DNA from: Eledone cirrhosa
Taxonomy: Eukaryota
Assembly (NCBI GenBank): GCA_964016885.1
Contig: CAXHJY010001679.1
Coordinates: 1 to 56,284, forward strand
Direction of reading: 5' to 3'
DNA length: 56,284 nucleotides
Part shown: positions 19,200 to 34,153 of the stretch, one piece after another
Position numbering within the stretch: position 1 is the stretch's first letter
How the letters are laid out: every line of letters begins with the position of its first letter
Program-made: the position numbers and the translations under genes
Notes under the pieces: generated by a model
What the model was told of the DNA's origin: nothing
Seen by the model: the letters and a program-made list of their open reading frames with translations, nothing else
Databases searched by the model: none

Positions 19200-21522
19200 C
19201 AAAAGTTGTTTTATAAATAGTGACATATCCAAAAAACAAGACCTTATCGTTTAAATTCTGTTTGAATAGTGAACGAAATTTCAAATCTTAGGATGAATAT
19301 GTTAATGAGGCTGGCGTGAAGTTTAAAAAGATCGTTATATTTAGACGCTAGGTAAATTGAAATAATTATTAGCATAATTTTTTAAGGGAAGAAGAGAGAG
19401 AGAGGTTAATATTAATATTAGGGTGTAAGAAAATTTAAGGAATGAATATAAGAAAAAAATACATTATAGTTAGAAATAGACTATTATTATTAAAATAACT
19501 TTGCCTTTCATCCTTCCGGGGTCGATAGAATAAAGTACCGGTAATGCACTGGGTAATTGCTGGCCTTGTGCCAAAAGTAGAAACAATTATTAAAATATAA
19601 TCGTATGGATCATATCAGTGATGGTGTAAAGAGAGTGAAATAATTATATTTATTTATTTAATTATATAATTATATATTTTAGTAGTATCTATAACATAAC
19701 ATGTGAATTATAAATGTGTTGAAGTGGTTGAATACCAATTTTAAAAATTGAGAGATACTAAATATTGGATCCATTCTAATCGTGAGTTATAATATAGATA
19801 ATTGTTTCTACTTTTGGCACAAGGCCAGCAATTACCCAGTGCATTACTGGTACTTTATTTTATCGACCCCGTAAGGATGAAAGGCAAAGTTAACCTCGGC
19901 AGGATTTGAACTCAGATCAGAAAGGGGCGTAGATAATATTTATAAGTATATTTTATGAGGAATTTTGGTTGTAAGTATATTTTACTTTATTATATTACAA
20001 CAGGTTATTCGTATAAAAATTTATATAAATAATTTTGGTGAGTATATATGTTGTTTTATCAATAGATAGATAATTTAAACATTTTTTTTATATATATGTT
20101 AAGTGTTTCGATGAATTTCTTGTTTACATCTTCAATATATAGTTTAAAAAAAGGAAGTAGTTCTATTTTTATTATAGAAGATTATTTTGTACATTCTATA
20201 GTTCCATCTAGATAGGAATACATTTACAAAATTTACGAAGTTAACAAAATTATACAGAAAATTTAATATTTATGTAAAGTTTAGTTGTTACTTAGAAGAA
20301 ATGTTTAAGCGTGTAACATTATAAAGGAAAAGATAACTCCAATATTTCTTAGTTAAAATAGTTACATTTGTCGTTTATACTAGAATTTACTTTAAGAAAA
20401 TATTCAATTAAGATATATGCATTTAAGTTGTATATAAAACATATGTATAAAAATGTTATATATTATTTTGTATATGATTTTAAAAAATCCTATATTACAT
20501 ATTTTCTAAGATAAAAATTCTTTTACATATGTATTTAGATAGCATTACTTACATTTATGCATATGTTAATGTCTATATAGTCTATTAGGAAGAAATATTA
20601 CAGACATCAACAGTATATACAGAAACATCATTAAAACTATCACAAAAAGATATATTTCAAAATATCATTTAAAAAAGCCCTTTAAAAAGAATATCATTTG
20701 AAAAATATTGAAAAAACGCCACAAAACATAGTGAAGACATAGAATGTAAACAAGTGAGATATATATAATATTTTCTATAGATTATAGATACTTCTGAACG
20801 TTTTAGATTGGCGATGTCTTTTTATTAATAGAATTTTGATTGGTAAGTATATGAAATATTTCCTCAATACTCAAATGATAAATTCTTGAGAGAGCCATAT
20901 TTCGGTATGCGGGCGCTTTAGAAATCGTTCCCCCAAGAGATTGAATAGTCAATATGATTGTCTTTGAAGTACCAAATTAGATGTGAGAGTGATGTTGAAC
21001 ATTTTTTGTCTGATTTATTAAATGTATGTTTGTGATTACACCAGCGTTCCTTAAATTTTGTAGAAGTGGCTCCTATATAGTTATATTTTTTTATTTAGGC
21101 AGTTATTCTGTAAAGGGCAATTTAATTCGTTTCTACAGTTACATTTTCTAGAGTTGTTGTCTATAGGAACGGTACGATTATTATTAGCATTAATACTGTT
21201 ATTAGTAATATTAATATTGTTATTTTGGTTTATTTGGTTTGTGTTTAAATTTAAGTTTCTATTATTAATTCTATTAATATTTTGTGCTATGTTTATAGTA
21301 GTAGAGTAAGATAGTTTTATAGTATGTCTGTTAAAAATAGAGTAGTATCTATTGGATTTAGGAAAACACTTATCCAATGCTTTGAAAAATAGGTTTGCTA
21401 CAGGTATTTTAACTCCTAATGAGATTGGGGGAGAGTACCAAATAATATTTCTAGTTCTAGTTCTTTTGTTTGATTTACTATTTATATTAAATTGCTTATT
21501 ATTATTATTATTATTATTATTA

Positions 21523-22851
21523 CAGTTGCATTTATCTTGCTTTATGTTCATACGAGTTATCACCAAGTCACAACCAGTGACCTCAAGAGACAACAAGGTC
21601 CGCCATGTTCAAGAAAGAACATACATATTCACACATGCATCTTTAGTGTTTAGACTTGTGATGTACTTATATTGACAGAATCTTCCTTAGTATATGGGCA
21701 GTTCCCATTAGTACTATCTTTTGTATTTCTCCTATACGCGGGTTTCCTGGGATTTGCGATAAGTAATCATTAGCCCCCTTAGGTATCATTCCCAAAGCGC
21801 CTACAACCACTGGTATTGTTTTAGTTCTCAATTTCCACATTTTTCCAATTTCTATCTCCAGGTCCTTATACTTGCTCAATTTTTCAAATGTTTTTATAGA
21901 TACATTCTTGTCTATTGGAACAGACATATCAATTAGCAGGCATACCCTCTTTTGAAAGTCTTTCAATATTATATCAGGTCTGTTTGCATCTATTTTTCGG
22001 TCTGTTTGGATGCTAAAGTTCCACAAGATTGAGATGTGATCTTTTTCAAGTATGGGAGGTGGTTGATGCTCCCACCAATTCTTTTGATGGGGCAGGTCAA
22101 AATGCTTACACATTATCCAATGTATGTATTGTGCAGCTCTGTCATGCCTGTTTAGGTATTCGGTTGGAGCTATAGGACTGCACATTGAAATTATATGGTC
22201 AATGGTCTCTGGTTGTTTTTTGCATACACGGCATAATGGGCTGCACCCATTTTTTATTATGTTGGCTTGGTAATTTTTTGTTGGCAGACACTGATCTTGT
22301 GCCGATATAATCAGTCCTTCAGTCTCCGATTTCAGTCCAGAGGATGCCAACCACTGATGGGTTAAAGTTTTGTCAACATCAGGATTGTTAGCTCGCTCTG
22401 TGTATTTTCCATACAGAGGCTTTTCTTGCCATTTCTTAGCCAGTTTCTGTAGCAGTTCTTTCTTTGCAGTTGCTTTTACCTGCTTTGCTTTTTCTGTGTT
22501 TTCCATTTCAGCAGTAAATGGGACTTCTGAGATTTGTAGTCCATTACTGTATCTTTGTGCATCTTTTGTAATGGAATATGATCTTTTGATGCTTTCGTGT
22601 TTCAAAACGAGTTTGATCATCCAATCATGTGATTCCCTTAGATATGTAGATAATCCAATTGTTGCAGTTTTCAACGCAATGTCTAACTGGATTAACCCAC
22701 GTCCTCCTTCTTTCCTAGGGAGATATATTCTATCTATATCTGCCTTAGGGTGATGCATTCTGTGCATGGTTAAGAATTTTAGAATTTTTGTATCGAGCCT
22801 ACGGATCTCTGTGCTTGACCAGTTGATGACATTGTAACTGTAGGTTACTAC
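21523..22851 (-). mobile_element. R4/Dong element, unit 2
   Basis: Identical copy between (TAA)n tracts. Confidence 0.88.
21667..22767 (-). CDS. R4/Dong-type RLE retrotransposon protein C-terminus, unit 2
   Basis: Same 366-aa translation as unit 1. Confidence 0.88.
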   Translation of the reverse strand: MHRMHHPKADIDRIYLPRKEGGRGLIQLDIALKTATIGLSTYLRESHDWMIKLVLKHESIKRSYSITKDAQRYSNGLQISEVPFTAEMENTEKAKQVKATAKKELLQKLAKKWQEKPLYGKYTERANNPDVDKTLTHQWLASSGLKSETEGLIISAQDQCLPTKNYQANIIKNGCSPLCRVCKKQPETIDHIISMCSPIAPTEYLNRHDRAAQYIHWIMCKHFDLPHQKNWWEHQPPPILEKDHISILWNFSIQTDRKIDANRPDIILKDFQKRVCLLIDMSVPIDKNVSIKTFEKLSKYKDLEIEIGKMWKLRTKTIPVVVGALGMIPKGANDYLSQIPGNPRIGEIQKIVLMGTAHILRKILSI

Positions 22852-22904
<53 letters not shown>

Positions 22905-23887
22905 GTAAGTTTTAGGATGATTTTGCATGTTATTGTTATCTAAGTATTTAACTTTATTCATGAAGCCAGCTCTATGTAAAGCATCATTATAATATTCTGC
23001 CTTATTTTCAAAAATACTTTTATTAGCTGAAACGCGTGAAATTCGTTGTTGGACACTATTGACAATAGCATTTTTTTACATTTCTAGGATGGTTAGAATG
23101 GAAGCTTACATAGTTTAGGTTTTCATTAATCTTATGGTAAGGGTAATATAGACCTGAGCTAAGGTTTAAAGTGACATCTAAGAAGTTAAGTTTTATTATT
23201 CTCAATTTCTAATTTAAGGTTATAATTATTGAAAAATTCTATGATAATTTTCTTTTTCCTATTAAGTTCGCTATTGCTATGGTTGTCAACTATAAGTAAC
23301 ATATCGTCGCGATATAAACCTCCGGCCATCTCTGGCATTTTTCTATGTAGTACATTAAGAATAAATATTCCTACGAGGTCTGTTACTTGGGCTGAGTCAG
23401 ATGATCCCATTGTGATATCGAAATTGTTCTGTCTATCAGCCCTAGTCCAGAGATGGTTATTAAATTCAATTAGGGTTTTACGTGCGGTTAAAATGATATT
23501 TATTTCATCACTAGATAAGGCAATATGTTTTGAAGCGTAAATAAGTGCCTTATTAAGTAAGTTAGGGGTAACATTTTCTTACACCCTAATTATATTTTAA
23601 TAATAATAGTCTATTTCTAACTATAATGTATTTTTTTCTTATATTCATTCCTTAAATTTTCTTACACCCTAATATTAATATTAACCTATCTCTCTTCCCT
23701 TAAACAAATTATCCTAATAATTATTTAAATTTACCTAGCGTCTAAATATAACGATCTTTTTCAACTTCATGTCAGCCTCATTAACATGTTCATCCTAAGA
23801 TTTGAAATTTCTTTCACTATTCAAACAGAACTTAAAACTATTAGTTCTTGTTTTTTGGATACGTCACTATTTATAAAACAACTTTTG

Positions 23888-23948
23888 TATTTTATCTGAT
23901 GAGAGTGTACCAAAATTGTGGTGCCCTTGAAATATATATAATAAAATA
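23888..23948 (+). ncRNA. Hammerhead ribozyme (TATATA family), unit 2
   Basis: Identical to 16342-16402. Confidence 0.85.
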
Positions 23949-24081
23949 AATATGGTTTTATAAAGATAGTTTCCATTTATTAATATCATTGATATAATAC
24001 TCCAGAAGAATCTTGTAGAGTGCTTCGAATCTGTTATAATTAAATTTGTTAAATAACCAACAAATTAAATGACTCTTTGCT

Positions 24082-24142
<61 letters not shown>

Positions 24143-24474
24143 TATATTATGTAATTATATATATACATATATAAATTATATTATGTAATTATATATATAT
24201 ATATATAAATTATATTATGTAATTATATATATATATAAATTATATTATGTAATTATATATATATAAATTATATTATGTAATTATATATATATATATATAA
24301 ATTATGTAATTATATATATATATATATAAATTATATTATGTAATTATATATATATATATATATATAAATTATATTATGTAATTATATATATAAATTATAT
24401 TATGTAATTATATATATATATATATATATAAATTATATTATGTAATTATATATATATAAATTATATTATATAAT

Positions 24475-24560
<86 letters not shown>

Positions 24561-25125
24561 ACAGAAAGCAAACAGAAATAACAAAGGAAGTGACAGTACA
24601 ATGCAGAAATATATTATTAGATTTATACATGATATAGGAGGAAAAGAGTCTTAACGTTTCAGATACTTGTCCTTCATTAGAAAATAGAATGAGAAATTAT
24701 AGAAGCAATAAAAAAAAATTGAGATGTTAGATAAAAATATTTTTCTTTAGCATCTCAATTTTCTACTTTTTTTAAAAATTTCTCATTCTGTTTTCTGATG
24801 AAGAACAAGTGTCCGACGTTAAGACTCTTTTCCTCCTATATCAAGCGTAAATCTAATAATATATTTCTGCATTGTACTGTCACTTCCTTTGTTATTTCTG
24901 TTTGCTTTTTGCAGCTCGTCCCTTCAATCTATCTTATTTCTCATTATTTTTTGTGATGAAGGACTAGCGTCTGAAACGTTAAGACCCTCTTCCTGCTATA
25001 TCAAGCGTTAACCTAATATATACCTTCCATATACTGTACCGATTGCGTTGTTATTTCTGTTTACCCTTTACACACACACACACTCACACATATATGTATA
25101 TATATAAATGAAAGGTATAGAAAAT

Positions 25126-25177
<52 letters not shown>

Positions 25178-25289
25178 TACTTGGGGTGGGAAGGGGGGGA
25201 GCATATTGTTGTAATAATATTGCCAGAATAAGTAATTAACTGATATAAAAGATACAGAAGCGAAAACCAGCCAAACAGTGAGTGTTCTG

Positions 25290-25345
<56 letters not shown>

Positions 25346-25456
25346 AATATATATACATACACACATATATATATTATATATACATATATCCAGGAAAAAC
25401 TTGAACCGTTAAGTTCTTCTTTCCCGGTTATATCAATATTTATAAAACATACTTTG

Positions 25457-25517
25457 TATTTTATCTGATGAGAGTGTACCAAAGTTTTGGTACCCTTGAA
25501 ATATATATAATAGAATA
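25457..25517 (+). ncRNA. Hammerhead ribozyme (TATATA family), unit 2
   Basis: Identical to 17926-17986. Confidence 0.85.
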
Positions 25518-26245
25518 AATATGGTTCTATAAATATAGTTTCCATATATTTAATATCATTGAATATTATACTCCAGAACGACTGTCGAGTGCTTTAAATC
25601 AGTTATAAACATTTATATTTGTTGAATTACCAACAAATTGAATATCCCTTCTGCTTACACACACATATATATATATACATATATAGTATTGAGGATACTA
25701 TTTATGGTTATGTATATGATATTAATAAATGGAAACTATATTTATAAAACCATATTTATTTCATTATACATATTTCAGGGATACCAAATTAAATTATGGT
25801 ATGCCTTCATCAGACAAAATACAATATATAACAGTTTTACAAATAAGCTTTGACGTACCCTATTAAAATGCAACCTTTACGATCTGAGTTCAAATCCCGC
25901 CGAGGTTGACTTTGCCTTTCATCCTTACGGGGTCGATAAAATAAAGTACCAGTAATGCACTGGGTAATTGCTGGCCTTGTGCCTAAAGTAGAAACAATTA
26001 TTTTTAATAGGGTGCGTCAAAGCTTATTTGTAAAACTGTTATATATTGTATTTTGTCTGATGAAGGCACACCATAATTTAATTTGGTATCCCTGAAATAT
26101 GTATAATGAAATAAATATGGTTTTATAAATATAGTTTCCATTTATTAATATCGTATATCTACTCCAAATACTTGTCGAGTGCTTTATATCACTTATAAAA
26201 ATATTTACTTGTTGTATCCCAACAATTTTAAATAGAACTTTTGCA

Positions 26246-26291
<46 letters not shown>

Positions 26292-26589
26292 CTTATATGT
26301 CTGAATTATTGTCAGCTTTTTGCTTACATTAATTTCTCTATTTTCATTTATATATTTATATATGTATATATGTGTGTGCGTGTATGTGTGTGTGTGTGTT
26401 ATATCAATTCTCACTGTGGTCAATTTCGTCTAACTTAATTTCATTGTGAAAAAGAATGTACCAGCTGTGCTCTGAGCTCAGCATTAACCTACTTCCCTAC
26501 TAGCATTGCCCTCTGTCTATTGTAGGTGTGGTGGATAACAAAAAAGTAACTCATGATATCTCACACACACACACACACACAGACACACA

Positions 26590-26642
<53 letters not shown>

Positions 26643-26661
26643 TATTATATAATTATATATT

Positions 26662-26722
26662 TATTTTATTATATATATTTCAAGGGTACCAAAATTTTGG
26701 TACGCGCTCATCAGATAAAATA
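26662..26722 (-). ncRNA. Hammerhead ribozyme (TATATA family), unit 3
   Basis: Identical to 11592-11652. Confidence 0.85.
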
Positions 26723-29045
26723 CAAAAGTTGTTTTATAAATAGTGACATATCCAAAAAACAAGACCTTATCGTTTAAATTCTGTTTGAATAGTGAACGAA
26801 ATTTCAAATCTTAGGATGAATATGTTAATGAGGCTGGCGTGAAGTTTAAAAAGATCGTTATATTTAGACGCTAGGTAAATTGAAATAATTATTAGCATAA
26901 TTTTTTAAGGGAAGAAGAGAGAGAGAGGTTAATATTAATATTAGGGTGTAAGAAAATTTAAGGAATGAATATAAGAAAAAAATACATTATAGTTAGAAAT
27001 AGACTATTATTATTAAAATAACTTTGCCTTTCATCCTTCCGGGGTCGATAGAATAAAGTACCGGTAATGCACTGGGTAATTGCTGGCCTTGTGCCAAAAG
27101 TAGAAACAATTATTAAAATATAATCGTATGGATCATATCAGTGATGGTGTAAAGAGAGTGAAATAATTATATTTATTTATTTAATTATATAATTATATAT
27201 TTTAGTAGTATCTATAACATAACATGTGAATTATAAATGTGTTGAAGTGGTTGAATACCAATTTTAAAAATTGAGAGATACTAAATATTGGATCCATTCT
27301 AATCGTGAGTTATAATATAGATAATTGTTTCTACTTTTGGCACAAGGCCAGCAATTACCCAGTGCATTACTGGTACTTTATTTTATCGACCCCGTAAGGA
27401 TGAAAGGCAAAGTTAACCTCGGCAGGATTTGAACTCAGATCAGAAAGGGGCGTAGATAATATTTATAAGTATATTTTATGAGGAATTTTGGTTGTAAGTA
27501 TATTTTACTTTATTATATTACAACAGGTTATTCGTATAAAAATTTATATAAATAATTTTGGTGAGTATATATGTTGTTTTATCAATAGATAGATAATTTA
27601 AACATTTTTTTTATATATATGTTAAGTGTTTCGATGAATTTCTTGTTTACATCTTCAATATATAGTTTAAAAAAAGGAAGTAGTTCTATTTTTATTATAG
27701 AAGATTATTTTGTACATTCTATAGTTCCATCTAGATAGGAATACATTTACAAAATTTACGAAGTTAACAAAATTATACAGAAAATTTAATATTTATGTAA
27801 AGTTTAGTTGTTACTTAGAAGAAATGTTTAAGCGTGTAACATTATAAAGGAAAAGATAACTCCAATATTTCTTAGTTAAAATAGTTACATTTGTCGTTTA
27901 TACTAGAATTTACTTTAAGAAAATATTCAATTAAGATATATGCATTTAAGTTGTATATAAAACATATGTATAAAAATGTTATATATTATTTTGTATATGA
28001 TTTTAAAAAATCCTATATTACATATTTTCTAAGATAAAAATTCTTTTACATATGTATTTAGATAGCATTACTTACATTTATGCATATGTTAATGTCTATA
28101 TAGTCTATTAGGAAGAAATATTACAGACATCAACAGTATATACAGAAACATCATTAAAACTATCACAAAAAGATATATTTCAAAATATCATTTAAAAAAG
28201 CCCTTTAAAAAGAATATCATTTGAAAAATATTGAAAAAACGCCACAAAACATAGTGAAGACATAGAATGTAAACAAGTGAGATATATATAATATTTTCTA
28301 TAGATTATAGATACTTCTGAACGTTTTAGATTGGCGATGTCTTTTTATTAATAGAATTTTGATTGGTAAGTATATGAAATATTTCCTCAATACTCAAATG
28401 ATAAATTCTTGAGAGAGCCATATTTCGGTATGCGGGCGCTTTAGAAATCGTTCCCCCAAGAGATTGAATAGTCAATATGATTGTCTTTGAAGTACCAAAT
28501 TAGATGTGAGAGTGATGTTGAACATTTTTTGTCTGATTTATTAAATGTATGTTTGTGATTACACCAGCGTTCCTTAAATTTTGTAGAAGTGGCTCCTATA
28601 TAGTTATATTTTTTTATTTAGGCAGTTATTCTGTAAAGGGCAATTTAATTCGTTTCTACAGTTACATTTTCTAGAGTTGTTGTCTATAGGAACGGTACGA
28701 TTATTATTAGCATTAATACTGTTATTAGTAATATTAATATTGTTATTTTGGTTTATTTGGTTTGTGTTTAAATTTAAGTTTCTATTATTAATTCTATTAA
28801 TATTTTGTGCTATGTTTATAGTAGTAGAGTAAGATAGTTTTATAGTATGTCTGTTAAAAATAGAGTAGTATCTATTGGATTTAGGAAAACACTTATCCAA
28901 TGCTTTGAAAAATAGGTTTGCTACAGGTATTTTAACTCCTAATGAGATTGGGGGAGAGTACCAAATAATATTTCTAGTTCTAGTTCTTTTGTTTGATTTA
29001 CTATTTATATTAAATTGCTTATTATTATTATTATTATTATTATTA

Positions 29046-30374
29046 CAGTTGCATTTATCTTGCTTTATGTTCATACGAGTTATCACCAAGTCACAACCAG
29101 TGACCTCAAGAGACAACAAGGTCCGCCATGTTCAAGAAAGAACATACATATTCACACATGCATCTTTAGTGTTTAGACTTGTGATGTACTTATATTGACA
29201 GAATCTTCCTTAGTATATGGGCAGTTCCCATTAGTACTATCTTTTGTATTTCTCCTATACGCGGGTTTCCTGGGATTTGCGATAAGTAATCATTAGCCCC
29301 CTTAGGTATCATTCCCAAAGCGCCTACAACCACTGGTATTGTTTTAGTTCTCAATTTCCACATTTTTCCAATTTCTATCTCCAGGTCCTTATACTTGCTC
29401 AATTTTTCAAATGTTTTTATAGATACATTCTTGTCTATTGGAACAGACATATCAATTAGCAGGCATACCCTCTTTTGAAAGTCTTTCAATATTATATCAG
29501 GTCTGTTTGCATCTATTTTTCGGTCTGTTTGGATGCTAAAGTTCCACAAGATTGAGATGTGATCTTTTTCAAGTATGGGAGGTGGTTGATGCTCCCACCA
29601 ATTCTTTTGATGGGGCAGGTCAAAATGCTTACACATTATCCAATGTATGTATTGTGCAGCTCTGTCATGCCTGTTTAGGTATTCGGTTGGAGCTATAGGA
29701 CTGCACATTGAAATTATATGGTCAATGGTCTCTGGTTGTTTTTTGCATACACGGCATAATGGGCTGCACCCATTTTTTATTATGTTGGCTTGGTAATTTT
29801 TTGTTGGCAGACACTGATCTTGTGCCGATATAATCAGTCCTTCAGTCTCCGATTTCAGTCCAGAGGATGCCAACCACTGATGGGTTAAAGTTTTGTCAAC
29901 ATCAGGATTGTTAGCTCGCTCTGTGTATTTTCCATACAGAGGCTTTTCTTGCCATTTCTTAGCCAGTTTCTGTAGCAGTTCTTTCTTTGCAGTTGCTTTT
30001 ACCTGCTTTGCTTTTTCTGTGTTTTCCATTTCAGCAGTAAATGGGACTTCTGAGATTTGTAGTCCATTACTGTATCTTTGTGCATCTTTTGTAATGGAAT
30101 ATGATCTTTTGATGCTTTCGTGTTTCAAAACGAGTTTGATCATCCAATCATGTGATTCCCTTAGATATGTAGATAATCCAATTGTTGCAGTTTTCAACGC
30201 AATGTCTAACTGGATTAACCCACGTCCTCCTTCTTTCCTAGGGAGATATATTCTATCTATATCTGCCTTAGGGTGATGCATTCTGTGCATGGTTAAGAAT
30301 TTTAGAATTTTTGTATCGAGCCTACGGATCTCTGTGCTTGACCAGTTGATGACATTGTAACTGTAGGTTACTAC
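29046..30374 (-). mobile_element. R4/Dong element, unit 3
   Basis: Identical copy between (TAA)n tracts. Confidence 0.88.
29190..30290 (-). CDS. R4/Dong-type RLE retrotransposon protein C-terminus, unit 3
   Basis: Same 366-aa translation as unit 1. Confidence 0.88.
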   Translation of the reverse strand: MHRMHHPKADIDRIYLPRKEGGRGLIQLDIALKTATIGLSTYLRESHDWMIKLVLKHESIKRSYSITKDAQRYSNGLQISEVPFTAEMENTEKAKQVKATAKKELLQKLAKKWQEKPLYGKYTERANNPDVDKTLTHQWLASSGLKSETEGLIISAQDQCLPTKNYQANIIKNGCSPLCRVCKKQPETIDHIISMCSPIAPTEYLNRHDRAAQYIHWIMCKHFDLPHQKNWWEHQPPPILEKDHISILWNFSIQTDRKIDANRPDIILKDFQKRVCLLIDMSVPIDKNVSIKTFEKLSKYKDLEIEIGKMWKLRTKTIPVVVGALGMIPKGANDYLSQIPGNPRIGEIQKIVLMGTAHILRKILSI

Positions 30375-30424
<50 letters not shown>

Positions 30425-31407
30425 GTAAGTTTTAGGATGATTTTGCATGTTATTGTTATCTAAGTATTTAACTTTATTCATGAAGCCAGCTCTATGTAAA
30501 GCATCATTATAATATTCTGCCTTATTTTCAAAAATACTTTTATTAGCTGAAACGCGTGAAATTCGTTGTTGGACACTATTGACAATAGCATTTTTTTACA
30601 TTTCTAGGATGGTTAGAATGGAAGCTTACATAGTTTAGGTTTTCATTAATCTTATGGTAAGGGTAATATAGACCTGAGCTAAGGTTTAAAGTGACATCTA
30701 AGAAGTTAAGTTTTATTATTCTCAATTTCTAATTTAAGGTTATAATTATTGAAAAATTCTATGATAATTTTCTTTTTCCTATTAAGTTCGCTATTGCTAT
30801 GGTTGTCAACTATAAGTAACATATCGTCGCGATATAAACCTCCGGCCATCTCTGGCATTTTTCTATGTAGTACATTAAGAATAAATATTCCTACGAGGTC
30901 TGTTACTTGGGCTGAGTCAGATGATCCCATTGTGATATCGAAATTGTTCTGTCTATCAGCCCTAGTCCAGAGATGGTTATTAAATTCAATTAGGGTTTTA
31001 CGTGCGGTTAAAATGATATTTATTTCATCACTAGATAAGGCAATATGTTTTGAAGCGTAAATAAGTGCCTTATTAAGTAAATTAGGGGTAACATTTTCTT
31101 ACACCCTAATTATATTTTAATAATAATAGTCTATTTCTAACTATAATGTATTTTTTTCTTATATTCATTCCTTAAATTTTCTTACACCCTAATATTAATA
31201 TTAACCTATCTCTCTTCCCTTAAACAAATTATCCTAATAATTATTTAAATTTACCTAGCGTCTAAATATAACGATCTTTTTCAACTTCATGTCAGCCTCA
31301 TTAACATGTTCATCCTAAGATTTGAAATTTCTTTCACTATTCAAACAGAACTTAAAACTATTAGTTCTTGTTTTTTGGATACGTCACTATTTATAAAACA
31401 ACTTTTG

Positions 31408-31468
31408 TATTTTATCTGATGAGAGTGTACCAAAATTGTGGTGCCCTTGAAATATATATAATAAAATA
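31408..31468 (+). ncRNA. Hammerhead ribozyme (TATATA family), unit 3
   Basis: Identical to 16342-16402. Confidence 0.85.
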
Positions 31469-31824
31469 AATATGGTTTTATAAAGATAGTTTCCATTTAT
31501 TAATATCATTGATATAATACTCCAGAAGAATCTTGTAGAGTGCTTCGAATCTGTTATAATTAAATTTGTTAAATAACCAACAAATTAAATGACTCTTTGC
31601 TTGTATATATATATATATATATATAAATTATATTATGTAATTATATATATACATATATAAATTATATTATGTAATTATATATATATATATATATAAATTA
31701 TATTATGTAATTATATATATATATATAAATTATATTATGTAATTATATATATATAAATTATATTATGTAATTATATATATATATAAATTATGTAATTATA
31801 TATATATATATAAATTATATTATG

Positions 31825-31871
<47 letters not shown>

Positions 31872-31968
31872 TATATTATGTAATTATATATATATATATA
31901 TAAATTATATTATGTAATTATATATATATAAATTATATTATGTAATTATATATATAAATTATATTATG

Positions 31969-32021
<53 letters not shown>

Positions 32022-32062
32022 TATATTATGTAATTATATATATATAAATTATATTATATAAT

Positions 32063-32132
<70 letters not shown>

Positions 32133-32849
32133 ACAAAAGCAAACAGAAATAACAAAGGAAGTGACAGTACAATGCAGAAATATATTATTAGATTTATACA
32201 TGATATAGGAGGAAAAGAGTCTTAACGTTTCAGATACTTGTCCTTCATTAGAAAATAGAATGAGAAATTATAGAAGCAATAAAAAAAAATTGAGATGTTA
32301 GATAAAAATATTTTTCTTTAGCATCTCAATTTTCTACTTTTTTAAAAATTTCTCATTCTGTTTTCTGATGAAGAACAAGTGTCCGACGTTAAGACTCTTT
32401 TCCTCCTATATCAAGCGTAAATCTAATAATATATTTCTGCATTGTACTGTCACTTCCTTTGTTATTTCTGTTTGCTTTTTGCAGCTCGTCCCTTCAATCT
32501 ATCTTATTTCTCATTATTTTTTGTGATGAAGGACTAGCGTCTGAAACGTTAAGACCCTCTTCCTGCTATATCAAGCGTTAACCTAATATATACCTTCCAT
32601 ATACTGTACCGATTGCGTTGTTATTTCTGTTTACCCTTTACACACACACTCACTCACACATATATGTATATATGTATATATATAAATGAAAGGTATAGAA
32701 AATATTGTATATATATATATATATATATAGTTATACTTGGGGTGGGAAGGGGGGGGGGGAGCATATTGTTGTAATAATATTGCCAGAATAAGTAATTAAC
32801 TGATATAAAAGATACAGAAGCGAAAACCAGCCAAACAGTGAGTGTTCTG

Positions 32850-32931
<82 letters not shown>

Positions 32932-33042
32932 AATATATATACATACACACATATATATATTATATATACATATATCCAGGAAAAACTTGAACCGTTAAGT
33001 TCTTCTTTCCCGGTTATATCAATATTTATAAAACATACTTTG

Positions 33043-33103
33043 TATTTTATCTGATGAGAGTGTACCAAAGTTTTGGTACCCTTGAAATATATATAATAGA
33101 ATA
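33043..33103 (+). ncRNA. Hammerhead ribozyme (TATATA family), unit 3
   Basis: Identical to 17926-17986. Confidence 0.85.
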
Positions 33104-33831
33104 AATATGGTTCTATAAATATAGTTTCCATATATTTAATATCATTGAATATTATACTCCAGAACCACTGTCGAGTGCTTTAAATCAGTTATAAACATTT
33201 ATATTTGTTGAATTACCAACAAATTGAATATCCCTTCTGCTTACACACACATATATATATATACATATATAGTATTGAGGATACTATTTATGGTTATGTA
33301 TATGATATTAATAAATGGAAACTATATTTATAAAACCATATTTATTTCATTATACATATTTCAGGGATACCAAATTAAATTATGGTATGCCATCATCAGA
33401 CAAAATACAATATATAACAGTTTTACAAATAAGCTTTGACGTACCCTATTAAAATGCAACCTTTACGATCTGAGTTCAAATCCCGCCGAGGTTGACTTTG
33501 CCTTTCATCCTTACGGGGTCGATAAAATAAAGTACCAGTAATGCACTGGGTAATTGCTGGCCTTGTGCCTAAAGTAGAAACAATTATTTTTAATAGGGTG
33601 CGTCAAAGCTTATTTGTAAAACTGTTATATATTGTATTTTGTCTGATGAAGGCACACCATAATTTAATTTGGTATCCCTGAAATATGTATAATGAAATAA
33701 ATATGGTTTTATAAATATAGTTTCCATTTATTAATATCGTATATCTACTCCAAATACTTGTCGAGTGCTTTATATCACTTATAAAAATATTTACTTGTTG
33801 TATCCCAACAATTTTAAATAGAACTTTTGCA

Positions 33832-33881
<50 letters not shown>

Positions 33882-33964
33882 CTTATATGTCTGAATTATT
33901 GTCAGCTTTTTGCTTACATTAATTTCTCTATTTTCAGCTTTTTGCTTACATTAATTTCTCTATT

Positions 33965-34153
33965 GGCGGTGGATTGGCAGTATCGGTAGAGGGTCGGACG
34001 CCATGCTTTGATGCATAGAGTTACGGCCCTTGCTATTCTGAGTTCAAATCCCGCCGAGGTTAACTTTGCCTTTCATCCTTACGGGGTCGATAAAATAAAG
34101 TACCAGTAATGTACTGGGTAATTTCTGGCCTTGTGCCAATAGTAGAAACAATT
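33965..34153 (+). mobile_element. Full-length tRNA-derived SINE (family A), private to unit 3
   Basis: A-box-like TGGCAGTATCGGTAG and B-box GAGTTCAAATCC; 15-bp TSD ATTAATTTCTCTATT; empty site in units 1 and 2. Confidence 0.88.

Larger units (their letters stand above)
20804..23572 (-). pseudogene. Penelope-like RT + GIY-YIG ORF remnant, unit 2
   Basis: Identical translated fragments (ORFs 21081-21596 and 23186-23410). Confidence 0.88.
19117..24083 (-). mobile_element. Penelope-like element with inverted pseudo-LTR, unit 2
   Basis: Copy of 11571-16537. Confidence 0.85.
19031..26561. repeat. ~7.5-kb tandem duplication, unit 2
   Basis: Near-identical to units 1 and 3; bounded by (CA)n tracts. 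Confidence 0.97.
28327..31092 (-). pseudogene. Penelope-like RT + GIY-YIG ORF remnant, unit 3
   Basis: Identical translated fragments (ORFs 28604-29119 and 30706-30930). Confidence 0.88.
26641..31603 (-). mobile_element. Penelope-like element with inverted pseudo-LTR, unit 3
   Basis: Copy of 11571-16537. Confidence 0.85.
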